This document shows, piece by piece, positions 50,643-64,000 of a stretch of 64,000 nt of DNA (positions are counted from its first letter, which is position 1; every line of letters begins with the position of its first letter). The position numbers and the translations under genes are program-made. The stretch is from Tubiluchus corallicola (lineage: Eukaryota > Animalia > Priapulida), in contig JAQGDQ010000032.1 of the NCBI GenBank assembly GCA_030141605.1, positions 496,001 through 560,000 on the forward strand. The letters are read 5' to 3'. Below the pieces are notes generated by a model, which was given only the letters and a program-made list of their open reading frames with translations, did no database searches and was not told where the DNA came from.

Positions 50643-53600
50643 AAGTATTTTTCAGCAATTATGCAGGTACGCATGTATACATATAATATTTCATATGCTT
50701 CAGAGTAATACTCTTTCCAGAAGTCCTACAATGGACATAAGTTTAACGTGTGAAAAAATCGGCCTGTAAACAAGAACGGAAATGCCCGGGTCAATTTTTA
50801 CAAGAACAGGAAACAGAACACAGACGAAAATTTCTCGCGTCTTTTCTGAACTTTGTAAAATCCAACTTGAATTGTGCACGGGTCGTCAAATTAATCAAGT
50901 TCAAAACATTGAAATTTTATAGCGTTATACGTTATTTGCGGCTCAACCTCCTTGAGAGATGTGGATCTTAAGTAGATAAAAAATAATAAAACTATGAGTT
51001 CTTTCTGTGCCATATGCAGTTGATTATTTGTTTATTTACTTTCTGGTTTGCAGTATTTAAAAGATATTTTCGATGAAAAACAAGAGCGGACTTTCACAAC
51101 GTGGACTTATGCAGTGTAATATAGGCCTATATTTCGCTGATGCTTAAGCCCATTGTAGGTAATTTCGAGGCTGCTTTGACTTAAAAAACTCCAGTTAAAT
51201 AAAATATATGATTCTAAGCAACATTAAGCCTGATTTGTAAGTTGATGGGAGAACGCTGGAAAAATTCCATCTGGGTAGGTTTATCTGCCATACTCTGTCG
51301 GGCTAATTACTTCACTTGTAGAAGGACCTATATTCACCAGAAGGTGGTTAAAACTCCTTTGCCAGTTTAGTATATTATCTTAAAGGATTATCATTGATTT
51401 TGAGGTAGATGCCGGTCCTACCAACAGCCTTAAATAAGTTGGTCTTGGCATTTGAGTGCTGGCTATCGGATTACACATTGTACCGAACTGCATAAAAATT
51501 GTGTACAACTTTAAATTTCGCAAAAAGTACTGAATATTTACAAGTTATACTATCTTTTTGTTTTTGTTCATCAGCTGTGGGTGATACGCCGTCCATCAAG
51601 TGAAAGCGTTTACGCCTTCACTTATATATGTGTGCAATAGCATCTCTTTAAAAATCAGTTGACGATTTGGTATAATAAAATCAAGGATGTTTGATTTGAC
51701 GTGCATTTGATATTAAATTGAACGCACAATCGTCAACTCCCATGGTCAGGGACATCCACAACGCGAATTGAAAACTCATTAAACTTTTTATGTACACAGT
51801 ACAGTGGTGTGGCAGTGGGATTTTACCATCCCCTGTAAGTCCACCTCGGCTGTCCCCTGGCGCTGTTAATTCAAAAATCCGGTCTTGCGATATCAAATGA
51901 TATCAAATTATGGTGTGACAGATTACAGCAACGCCTTGCAGTCATGTCATTTTGAAACAACATAACGAGTTAAACCCTGGGGAGTGAGCATGAGGACAAG
52001 GACAAATCTAACATTCGTGACTTAAAATTAATGCCTAAATCAAGTTTGCACTTTTTTCAACTGGCGAGTACATGCTTGGCTTGAGTCGGATAATGGGACA
52101 GGTTTGAGTCGTTGGTTTATTATAAGAGCGAAAATATTCTACGCGTAGTTGATTTGTCACATCAAATTAAAATCTTTATGGTTCTTCTCTCGGAACAGCC
52201 TTCACATATTTAATTCACTGTGTTAGTAATGCAAACAATTATTTTTTCCAGTCCACTTTACTTCAGCAGTGGCAAATAGATGCAAGACCTTTGTTGCTGC
52301 ATGTGCGTCGTTTTATTTATTACAAACGTTGTCTATCTTTACGAAATTACGTTGACGCTTTCCTTTCTTCAAACTCGTTTTTGCATATTAAGCCATTTTC
52401 ATAGCCCGTCTCGAAATACAATCTTGTGTACATTGATTTTGCCACCTAGCAAGAATAATTGTTAGCGGGAATCTCAAAACACCAAGAGTTATTTACAGAG
52501 GTCTTTAGAGTGTACAGCACAATTTAACAATGCGAAGTCGTCTCAAACTCGCGTGCTGGCTTGATAATCATGCAGTCGGTAATTATTATTATTATTAATA
52601 TGCTGTCGCGAAAGTATTTAGTTTATAATTAAAATTTTAAATACGACAGGTCGGCGGGTGACGGACCACAACGTAAGTTACGTCACACATGTCCTTATTC
52701 TTATTCTTTATAGGGTTGTGGATCTAATTCAGCGTCCAAGTGGTTCGGGTCATGCTTTATCGGTTGGAAACATTTTTACAAGAAGGTGCATTACTTTCCT
52801 AATTACTTTTCAAAATTTTTAAGTAAAATCTTGTCGTTTTGAATGTGAGACGCTGCTACATTAAAACTTACATTATTTGTCAAGAAAACTTAACCTTTTC
52901 CCCGCCGCAAGGTAAAAACGTCAAATTCAGGTGGTGCGTTTGTAACTCCGCCTAAAAGCTGGGGTATCAGTACTTATGTTGAGATCTTTTGTTTTTTTTA
53001 CATGTGACTACAGCTTATCATATAGACTACTAGCTGTTTCATAACCGCCTGAATACAAACTTTCTTTATAACAACTAATAACAGCTGATTTTTTTCGTCT
53101 ACGCTTGACAGTTGATGCTCAACAATCTCTTGTTGATCAACATAAGCAGTGATTTGTCACCAGACTTCTTCCATGAATTCAATAAAATTTTACAACCCCC
53201 GTAAATATTTCTTCGCGTAATTCCATCCGGTGTGAACAAGTGAACGATTTTATTCTACCAAAATTTCACTCTGTTGAATGCTTCTCCCATTATAAAGTCT
53301 ACTCATGACATACATTTCCCTGTACATGTGCTAAAACGACCTCATCTTCATGGTAGGTAGGTCCACTGGAAAGTAGCCGGCTGCCGTTTTGGTGACACAA
53401 ACCAATATAAACTAAACAGGGAAAAGTACATAACCAGTTTTCAGACGAGTCGGGAAGGAGTTATCCCATTTGTTTTGTTTATAGAAACCTATTAATTCGT
53501 GCTAGGTGATTTATTAATGAAAACACTGCTATACGTAAGCGTGCGACCTGCAGGTTGGTTGGTGTATGTGTACATTCAAAATTTTCTTCAGTCTGCTTTT

Positions 53601-55482
53601 ATTAAGATTTACTTGTGAAGTCAACTAAATCTTGTGATGTAACTGATGTTCTCAACTCTGACAATAAAAAAATACAATGGCAGTAAGTGAGAACCAGCAA
53701 CTTTTGTTTTTACCCCAAATCACCTGACGTAATTCTTGTTAGCAAATCAATGATTATACATTTTGCAAATGATAAAAATTACGAATAAATATCTTTTAAG
53801 TTGAAAGTGAAACGTGTTTTTCCAGTACACACAAACTGAAATTCGTTAAAAAATCTCGGTCGAACTTTATTTTCAGTCCAACAAATTTGCAGTAGTATGA
53901 ACTCCAGACTATCTGTGGATTCACCTAACTGTTATTACAAAAGAGTTCAAAATCTATGCAAGTATAGCTTTGACGGTAGACTCACACCAGTCCTACTATA
54001 AATTTTAACACATAATAAAAGCACTCATTGTTTTTAAATAAAGTGTGCTACATTTCGATACTTTAAAGTTGGTTGATTAACTGTTTCGCTTGTCTGCTAG
54101 CTCACCAGCTAACCAGCCAACCAACAAGCAAGTAAAAAAACAAAGAGAAAAAAATAAACAAACAGATACGACTAAAAATACACTTTTACGTGCTTTTGGG
54201 ACTGAGAATTTTATTCCGCTGAAGAAGTGCAAAAAATCATCAAAAATGCGTAAATAATAATATGGGAAACTATTTAACTTACGCCCCTTGAATATGAAGC
54301 GCTTTATTAAATAATCCAGTTGCGGGTTTCCTTCAGTTTTTATCAACGCAATATTGTTAATTTTTTTCTAAGATTAATTAATATTACCATATAATTTCCT
54401 AACGTCTGTTTGTTTGTTTATTCTTTTGTTATACATTTAAGCAAACAAAGAAAAAATCACAAACGAACATAAACAGTTTTAAGAATTCTCATGCAAGAAA
54501 GTCATTTCAACTTGTACTTCTTGTTCTTGATTTGTTTTCAGGCTATTTTGTATCTTCTATAATGAACGCTTCTTTGGAAAAAACGAAAAGCTAAACAATA
54601 TCGGAACGTGTTATAATATCATCTCCTCATACAAATTTGTTTAATGCATATTTTTCGTTCAATACAAATCTATCGCCCAAATATAATTGTTTAAACACTT
54701 ACCATAAAAGCTAGTGTTGGCCTGTAGTACGCGAACATCCCACGAAGTGGACTTATTGATGAAGCCATATTGGTTGTATATTACACAATAAAGCGTTGAA
54801 ACTAAACACTATTGTTGTAGATTATCGAATAATGACACACATTTACCGAACTCATATTGTTTTGATAAGGCGAATATATGTAACGGCGCAAATATGACCA
54901 CACTATGGCACCATGTTACTGATTTAGATACAAGCATAGAACTTGTTTTCACTAGAATTAATTACGACACGTCTGAAGATTACATACTCAGCAAATATAT
55001 CAAGTTCATAAAGTCGAAAAGGACAAATTCCCTCAAGTTTTCACGACAAAAACCGGGGAAAAGATAGTGAGAGAAGGCTTTTTCATGGCTCCTGGCATTC
55101 CAAACTCATTATGCATTTATGTATAAATTATGGCCACACTGTCGTCTGCTTTGACTTCTCACGATTCCGTGTTTTTCTGCTCAATTTCGACACGTTCATT
55201 CGAAGCGCAGACATCAAAATCCAAGGCGATAATCACATCGAAAGACAGAGTCACGTCCATAATAATTATTCTGATTTAGGCTGAGATAGTGCGTCACGGC
55301 CATTAAATAATTGATTTCATTGTAGCTTGAATTGGTGTAATAGTTTCTGTCAGGCCGACTGACTTCAACTTTCAATTTAGTAGCCTCATTCGTTCAAATT
55401 ATCATATTAGTTTTGTTCGTTTTTCTCTGTTCGTCTTAAAGTTAATACTGTTAAATATCACAAATAAATCGCTCGAGTTAAG

Positions 55483-55507
55483 CAAACAAACAAACAAACA
55501 AACAAAC
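55483..55507. repeat. (AAAC)n microsatellite
   Basis: Direct reading. Confidence 0.9.
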
Positions 55508-57107
55508 CTGGTTTTAATATTTTTCCCGAGAGCGGTCCATGAATGTCACATGCGTGTGTATTATCGATTATGAACCGGGCCGTGCAATAGTCACCCCAGT
55601 CAAATGTCCCAGGTTAAATGCGGTTGATAAGATCAAATCCAGGAAGCCATACGGGATTGAAGCCATGCAGGGAAGCTGCGCAGAACCGGGCAGCTGCTGC
55701 TCGGTTGGTGCACTCGAGCCATGGCAGCCTGTCACTGATAGCTAACACATGTCAAGAAAAACATCGAGCGATCACTTCTTGTATTTCCAACAGAGAAAAA
55801 ATCTCTGTGCACTGTCTGCTGCCGGGTAATGCAACACCATCTTCACATTCGCTACACTCGGGAAGCCAGAATAACTAGACCCATTATTAGCCAGCCAGTC
55901 ACACGAGACGATTCCATTTAAAACTCCATGGGCCCAAAAAGAGGAACTCATGCAAGATCACGCAAGCATGATCACTAAGCAAGACACGTGATAACGTGTA
56001 AAAGGCAATCGTTTCTGAATATTGATCGCCCACAAATTTAACCCATGTTCATAACTACATATAATTAAGCCATTCTTTAGAACAGTACCGCGCTACATTA
56101 ACTGATGAAAAGAAATGACGTCAGTAATTGTGTGAACAAAAGTTTGGAAACAAACTAAACAAGAGAAACTCCGTCCCTCTTTCCACAAGTGGCACAAACA
56201 CAAAATCACAAACTGATGTGCCAAGAGAAGCCCAAGAACGTCTTAAATCATTTCCCGCTGAAGGGTTACCAACGCCGTTGCTTAATCTTGCAGCAAGAAC
56301 AGCGCACACCTTCCGAGCAAGACCCTTAAGCCAAACTTGATTCTGTATCAGTCTAAATGAAGCCTGCCACTGGGAACCTAATTAAAAATTTTTAGTATTA
56401 ATGATTAAATTCCAAAGCAGCTCATCTAGGTGATAACGATGGAGCTGCATAACTTGAATCCCTCTATTGGAATCTTTTGCTGCTTTCACGTTTTTTTTGT
56501 GACTGTGTTGTGGAAGGAAGGGAAGACAGCGCCCGCTGAATGGTGTTCCTCCATAAGGTGCACGCTTTTCGGTCGACAAATCAATTGATCCAATGAAGCG
56601 TTCGAACTTGAAAATGGCAAAAATCTGCACTAATTGTTTTGGAATTTGCACAGATTTGGGATTCTACCTTGAGTAGCAGTAACTTAAATAATGATTATCA
56701 AAATAATTATTCTGAAGACCCACTGGTAGGACTTGGAGTTTTCATGGTTGCAGACTTACACTTCTTAATCTCTTGTGTGACATTACACTACTAACGAACG
56801 CAATATATGGAACGTGGTATTCGCAAGAGATAAACTGAATGTTCTTATACACCATCCATAAACCACACGTACAGCAATTTTATACTAGTCGTTATCAAGC
56901 GTAATTTGCCAGTCAAATAAAATTTAGGATGGACCACCATCAAGTTCCCTTGTAAACGTAATTAAATAGCATCGGTGAGTGTTTTCAAAAAGGCGACCAG
57001 ATTTTCACTGAGATAATCACCTTTGTAAATTTTTTTAATTTTCTTCTTTCAATTATTGGAGGAAAATAGGCTTAGGTTTTTACATGCTGTTCTGTTCTGT
57101 AGCTTAA

Positions 57108-57153
57108 TTCTGTAGAGCAAAAATGACTTTTAGTTCTGTAGAGCAAAAATGAC
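57108..57153. repeat. Tandem duplication with 26-bp period
   Basis: ttctgtagagcaaaaatgac occurs twice. Confidence 0.85.
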
Positions 57154-57533
57154 AATACAAAATAATTTATTTGAACAGCAAATGTCGTACGAGAAAAATG
57201 GGATGAACATCAACTATTGTATTAACCCTCGCTGAAATATAAGCATTTTTTCTTGGAAAATAAATCTCAGGAATTTTTAAATCTCTAAAAATCACTTACA
57301 AAATGTTTCAAACAGCAAAAGTTTTAAAAAGTTTAACAAGATGTAAGAACACGAAAATCGCTAAAATGCTGTCAAAAATTTAAAATTTAAAGCTTCAAAA
57401 CAATTTATAATAGGTTCACATTTATTTTTTTATTTTGTTTGTTTATTTCAGCTTAAAGCCATGAAGAAATTAATGAAAATCTAAACTATGGCACATAATG
57501 GTAAAAATCCATAACTAAAATCACTTAAAACTG

Positions 57534-57559
57534 TATATATATATATATATATATATATA
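57534..57559. repeat. (TA)n microsatellite
   Basis: Direct reading. Confidence 0.9.
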
Positions 57560-60500
57560 CAAAAGTCAAAAGTATTCGTAGAAGTCAGACATTTAAGGAC
57601 ATTTGAATAAGTTTTAACTTTTAAACATCTATAACAGTTTGCTCACTTTTCATATTTTGTTACTTAACTTGAGTTTCCATATCTAGGATTAATTATAGAG
57701 ACTGTATGATACGAAATGACGAAATGCGCCAATTAGCATGTATATATAACTATTCAGGCTAGCTTACCCTTCTCAATTAAGTGGATTTAATAAATAGAAA
57801 TCAATTCAGTTTAATCATTCGTAGCAAAATTGTAGGTTCATTTCGAATGCATTACTCGATCTGAGAAATGATTTGACTTAGACTAAATTTCTTAATATTG
57901 AAACTGAGTAATTCCTCAGCGTCTAATTGTAGTTAAAATGTCTTTGCTCTGTGAAACATTTTGTGAAAGTCGGGCGGAAAAGGAAATAGCGAAAACTATA
58001 ATTGTAACTGGGTTTTTAGTAGTTAAAAAGGCAGAAATTAACAGCACGCACGCAAGAAAAATAGATGTAAAACGCCGAGTTAGGAAGACGTCAAAGATAT
58101 TTTCGTGTTTTCTTTAAAGAATGTTATATTGCCAGTGTATGACGAATATAGCTGACAATTTTCTTGCTTGGCGAGGAACATCTGTTAGAAAAATGCAGGG
58201 ACGGCTTCGTCTGTGTACATATCAACCACGCGGAAATGCAAATGTGATATGGGCTGGTGGGAAACACAGGATTTACTGCAAGCTAAACTAAAGACAATCT
58301 GTGAAGCCATGCACGTACAGGTGGTCCAGCCTATAGAATGGTACGCAATCAAGTAAACAAATAGACACTATTGTATAGGTACTCAGTCTAAAGAACGGTC
58401 AGAAATTCTGGAACTTTTTTGCAGGTTGACCTAAAGATCGATTTGTGAAGTCACATATTGCTTAAACTATCAAGTAAACGTTTATATTAATTGTGCAAGT
58501 TATTCTGTCATATAGATTGGTAGAAACTCTAGAATTTTCTAGAGAACATAAATGGGCACAACTGGAGGCCAGTACAAACTGTTATGTACACTTTTATGTA
58601 CTGTAGAGGGCGGTCAAGTTATCTTGTATATTGTACAGGGCGGGCAAGCTAGGTTGGTGCGATGTTGCATTTACTGTCAGTTTAAGTAAAATACAGTCCT
58701 ATGAAGTCAGCTTTGTTTTACAAAGGGCTGGCGGAAAAAATGGATTCAATGCAGATTAAGCAGAAGACAGTCGTGGGAAAAGCCTGTGAATAGAGAAGCC
58801 ATACACTAAAGGCATCAAAATGAGAAGAAAAGTGGACAGGAAATCACCTTCCTGCAAATAACTCGCCGAGGCCGGTCAGTCAGTCAGTCACATTGATTTA
58901 TTTATGCTAGCTGCCAACACTTGCATCGTGCGATAAATCATTAAGGATTTTGGTGATCACAATTCTTGCTCTGTGATCAAATAAGCACTCGTTCATCTCT
59001 CCTGGGTCTACAATGCCTATCTACTAACTCAATAAGCTTATTGCTCTCAGCATTTAGCCGTCTTTACGGGGTTATGATATCCTAGTAATGTTGCTCGGGG
59101 TTTGTAAAAACTCGCACAACTTTATGGTTTCAAGCAAACGGCGCGAAGAGAAGCACATTTTCGACAGACAGAAAAATGGCTCTCGCGCGAGTTTAAAAAC
59201 GAGTCGTCCCGTAATTTGGATATTTATTATTTAGCAGACATATTATGGCATGGTGGCAGATACACTTGCGGCTCAGCAAAGTAACAAAATGTTCGAGTTG
59301 CGGCAAGTAGTGAGATGATAAAATTACATTGAAAATAAGCGCATGCACTCAGAAGTTAAAAAGGGTGTTATAATTCAAGTATTCCACATTTTTAATAAAC
59401 AAAGGGGGTAGTTCCAAAATAATTTTATTTGTAGATCTTCTTCTTGTTCTTGTTGGCATTTAGTATTTAGTATTCAGTTCGTGGGAATATGTTTAATAAC
59501 AAATCAATCACTGCAAAACTTGGACCATTTAACCACTTCACGGGAGAGATTTTGTTGACGTATTTTGTGGCCTTAAGCGGATAATGTAAAGTCAAAATGT
59601 TCATTTTGTTGGTATCCAGTCTTTAATCACATGCACCCCCTCCTAGCATCTGCAAACGTAATAAATGCGGATAAGTCCTACAAGTTGACGCAATAAACTC
59701 AAGTTATTTATTAATTTTCACAACAAGTACACGCACGTATACACACGCATACACACATACACTTCTCAGAAACAGGATGAAAATTTTCAAAAATAAACAA
59801 CAGCAACCAACGAAATATCCCTCTTCATCTCAAAACAAAACTTTTTTGAAATATTAATGATCGATAACCGCCTATTATAGGCCCACGTCCCATATACCTA
59901 TCATACATTTTATTATAAATAAACGAGTAGATCTAAGACTAATCAATAAGTGACAGCTTTGACTATATTTTAATTTTTATTAGTGGTTGATAAACGGTAT
60001 GAACTCGAAAAACATACAATACACGTATTTTTGTATATATCATAATATTATAATCTATAATGTTCCTATATAGGCAAGTTACAATAAATCTTGCACGATC
60101 ATCTATGTAGCGCTTGTCATTTTGTCCATTTAACTCGTGAATTCTCGTCAATAGCCAATTCAACCAAAGTGTATTATCCCACTTCAGAAGCCAAATGTGA
60201 GGAATTTGTTGACAGTTCGGTAATTTTAATGGCTTCAGCGTTAATGCTGCCGACCAAGCGGGGCGCAGTCATAGGAAAGACTCCCGCTAACAAATAAACC
60301 ATTTCATGAGCAAAGTCCGAGCTTGCAAGAAAAACACACTTGAGCCGTCCGACGGGCAACAAGAACGGCGCGGGACAAACTTTCTATTTAAAAGCGACAC
60401 AAAATCCGATTTGTGAAAGCAGCTCATGACCCGGGGTAGAAATCGGATACCTCGTTACCCAAATCTTGCCTAGGCAGGGGTTGGAAAGTCGTTCAAGCAA

Positions 60501-61052
60501 CTGCTCTCCAACTAAAGCTGTTGGAAAGGCCATTGGCTGCGGGAATCAAATAAACTTTATCAGGAGGTGACCCAAGCAATCAAAATAGGCGGTAGCTTTC
60601 TGGTCGCAGGAAGACGCAGTATGAGCAAAAGTGTGAAAGCGAAGAGCGGGAAGACGAGAATAAGAAATGAAGATAAAATGGCAAAGGGAGAAACGATAGA
60701 GCGGGGGAGGGGGAGGGAGGGGTCAGAGTATAGATGGAAGAAAAAAGGAATGATCATGGTGCTTCTATTTTCAGAAATACCGTACGTAATTTCCTAGCAT
60801 TTCAGATTCAGAAAATTTTGCAAGACGGTAAATTGTAAAACAAGTTATGTTACATTAAGCTGAGTACAAACATTATGAATGTGCCCCCTGACATTGCACT
60901 GTGTCGTTACAATAAAAGTGTTTATTAGGGTCGTCGTGTCCTCATACAAAAAAGACCAGGACAAAAAAACATCGACAGACAGAGCATCGGGGTCAGAAAT
61001 TATAGTTCTTTGTAACAGTGTTGTTTCAAATTCCTGTATAATACGTATTTTG

Positions 61053-61054
<2 letters not shown>

Positions 61055-61110
<56 letters not shown>
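61055..61110. repeat. (ATT)n microsatellite
   Basis: Direct reading; source of the poly-Tyr in ORF 60879-61148. Confidence 0.95.
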
Positions 61111-63383
61111 GCGCTATCATTATACATGCAAAGTATAAGCGTCAATAGATAAATTAAAAATTCTAAATGTAGGTTTATAGATAATTAACAATAAGAAAGT
61201 TGCATTACACAGTATTACAAATAAAAGGGGCGAGTGTGAATAGAATGGCAAAAACGAAAAACAGCATCACAGCACTGTAGAATGTTAAAATGTAGGCTCA
61301 TCACAAATTCATAATAGTAAGAAACAATTTCTACAAAAATGTTATGACAGATTTAATCACATACACGAATATTTGTGTAATGATCAAACGATCATCGGTC
61401 ATTTCAGGACATTTCAAGAAAGGGTCATCAAATGTACAACATGCCCATGTAAACATATCAGCAAAATCTGGGAATGTTTGTTTGTTTGTGTAGTTACAGT
61501 ATCATTAGCATGCCGAGAGGGTTATATAGTAGCCGCTGGTCACTTCATCTGTCCACACTTGACCACTTGGTCAGGACACTGACCTCTTGCTGTGTATAGC
61601 CTAGTTTCGTATTACTTAGCTAAGCTTAATTCTAACTAGGGACGCGCGAACTGATAACAATCGACCGATACTAATCGTCTCCAGTAGGACCAACAGTTCC
61701 TGATTTGTCAAAATTATTCTTTATCGAAAAAAACATTGCCAAAAAAGTTTGAAACACAGTCGCTCTGTTTTGACACAGGTGCAGATTTCTTCTTAGCCAC
61801 ATATGCACAAACTTACGAACAGTATAGATTCAAGTGAATCAATCATATATAACAACAATAAACAATTAAAACAGTTTTTATAGTAGGCATGAATCTAATT
61901 AAACTCAACTGCAGAGACTAATATACTCAAGTAAATAATATCACAGAAACTTTTTGCTTGGAGTTTTGTTTAACAAACTTCTGTCTAGAGATAACTTTTA
62001 CGAATCGAATAAAACACACCGTTCGTAATTTAAGTCGTGGATTTATATTTTTGAAATAGTTAAGACAAAAATCAAAAGTCAAGATATTTTACTTTCGTTT
62101 TTAGCCTACACAAGTCTTATGCAAGATATTAAAAGTGGTGTAATAAACCTACAATTTATTGCGCATTTAAATTTCAAATGTTGCTGTTTTTTTTATTAAA
62201 AAACCAGTTTCATCTAACTTTTTTCATTTCCACATTAGTAGGGAGAAGAGCGAGAGAAATATTTAAATACACCAGCATATATAGCAACGTTCCCCAAAAT
62301 ATGAAATTTCTCACGAGAAGAATTTGAGAGGCTAATAGACAGAGACTTTGTAAAACGTATACGTTATGCACTAAAATCGTGAACTCATACAATTTTACAT
62401 TTTCAGAAGATTTCTTTTGAATAACAGCAAATTTTTCAGTTAATATACAAAATAACCAATTTATTATTCCACAATACTTGATTCTGGCAGGCCCATTGAA
62501 GCCTGGAATAAAACAACTGCAGTGCTTTTCGAGTGCCAGTTTAGATTTCTGCAAGAAAATTCTAAATAAATTATAAAACAATCTCACAGTTCAGCGAGAA
62601 CGTGTCCTTGTTGACGACAAAAAACCCAATAAACCCTTGTAACGAGAGGCGACTCAGCTGTACAGAGGTGGGTGTAAAACTGTAAGATTATACGCCTGTC
62701 TTTATTTTTTCAGTCGCGCGCTTTAGGCGCAAGCAGCAGGATGTCGGCAACGACAAGCCGTCAGGATTCTTCGACACTTATGAGGGATTTCGACATCCGT
62801 GCAGATTTCGACGCTTTAGAATACTTGTCCGCGTTTCGACGCTGAAAACGCGATTAATGGAAAGAGTCAACATGAAGCTTTGTTGCTTATAGTATGGCTT
62901 CTTAATAAAATATCTTTGTTCACTGGGTAAATTTTGTTACGTGATTTCGGTTAACAAAACTATCAAAAGACAGCAACAATCAAAGCATTGCGTTCCGCCT
63001 TACTGTTCAGGGCTATTTGGCTATTAGTGCTAATCCGCTCGAAAAAAGTTTATTAAAACTCACCACCAAATCATTCTTAGAAGCATCGGTTTTAACTACA
63101 CGTTTCTTTTTGTTTGTTTGTCTCTTCCTTTCTTTTCTGTGCTTTCTGTTTCTTTGTTTGTTCTAATTGGCTGTTTGCCTGTTTGTTTGTTCAAGTAATC
63201 GTTTGAACATTTGCTGTTTGTTTTGTGCGATATACATATATATCAAGCATGTGCAGTTCTTAAAATAGACTGCACGGCTACTAATAAATCCGATACTTTA
63301 CGAATAATATATATCATATATATGAATAATATATATATATATATGAATATATATATAATATATATAGATATATATGTGTGTGT

Positions 63384-63494
63384 AATTGCAATAAAGAATT
63401 ATACATACATATAACTATATATTAGTTATAACTATAACTAGAATTATACATATATATATATAGTTGTATGTATGTATGATTCTTTATTGCAATT
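63384..63494. repeat. Near-perfect 39-bp inverted repeat within an AT microsatellite field
   Basis: aattgcaataaagaattatacatacatataactatatat vs reverse complement of the right arm aattgcaataaagaatcatacatacatacaactatatat (37/39). Confidence 0.9.
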
Positions 63495-64000
63495 GTCATA
63501 CATGTACAAGTATCAAATATAAATGAACGCGTAGCCAGTTAAAATTAACTTATGTTTGTAATACTGTTAAAAACAAACAATGCGAGCAATTTACGAAAAA
63601 GGTGCATAACTGTTTATAGTAATTATTAAGGCATTTCTATAATAGGAACACGGTCGTACATTGATAAGTTATTAACTGTTTAACTGATCGGCCACCACCC
63701 AACCAACTTTTGGCTTCATTATAAAGCACTAAGTGGAATGTACAAACATCGTTAAACCTGGCTACAAGTCTCTCACTTCTAGCAGCAAAGCTGATGGCTT
63801 CAGGACCAACAAGTAAGTCCATCTGCGATGAAATTTTAGTATTCTTTTTACTCAAACGTGAAATTCAACAAGGTTGGAAAAATATCTCGTTTTGTGGGTA
63901 CTTGTGAGAATTCTTGATCACAAATAGCTTAGCGCTAGTTGCCTTACTATACATTGCATTACATTACTTTATTTTTGTCTTAATGCAAATTTTAAACGCT

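Noticed and set aside
51401-51425. TGAGGTAG let-7-like seed
   Set aside because: Remainder does not match let-7 and there is no proper precursor hairpin.
1-64000. CRISPR arrays, operons, tRNA/rRNA genes, autonomous transposase or RT ORFs
   Set aside because: None seen; the sequence is spliced eukaryotic DNA and no regularly spaced repeat-spacer array exists.

Overview
AT-rich invertebrate animal genomic DNA with two convergent (tail-to-tail) spliced genes. (1) + strand, 10-8713: the last 7 coding exons of a MALT1-like paracaspase. It has an intact His/Cys dyad (YFAGHG, LDMCR), an Ig3-like domain and an acidic tail with TRAF6-type motifs; the 5' part of the gene lies outside the window. (2) - strand, about 41700-13395: an apparently complete 7-exon basonuclin/disconnected-family gene (about 1040 aa, conserved N-terminal Cys-rich domain, three C2H2 zinc-finger pairs), with a probable 3' UTR of about 2.8 kb. 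The rest (BNC introns plus about 22 kb of upstream gene desert) is non-coding and CpG-rich. It carries clustered TF motifs (TGACA/TALE, Sox, CSL), non-autonomous DNA transposons (hAT-like, three TTAA-flanked Kolobok-like copies, a Mutator/Phantom-like MITE) and microsatellites. The most striking unexplained signal is that each gene has its own long imperfect inverted repeat starting just after its stop codon. A sharp CpG-poor to CpG-rich boundary lies near 17.4 kb. No prokaryotic, CRISPR, rRNA or tRNA features were seen. Exon models, alignments and counts were done by hand; homology calls rest on recalled human sequences, not searches.
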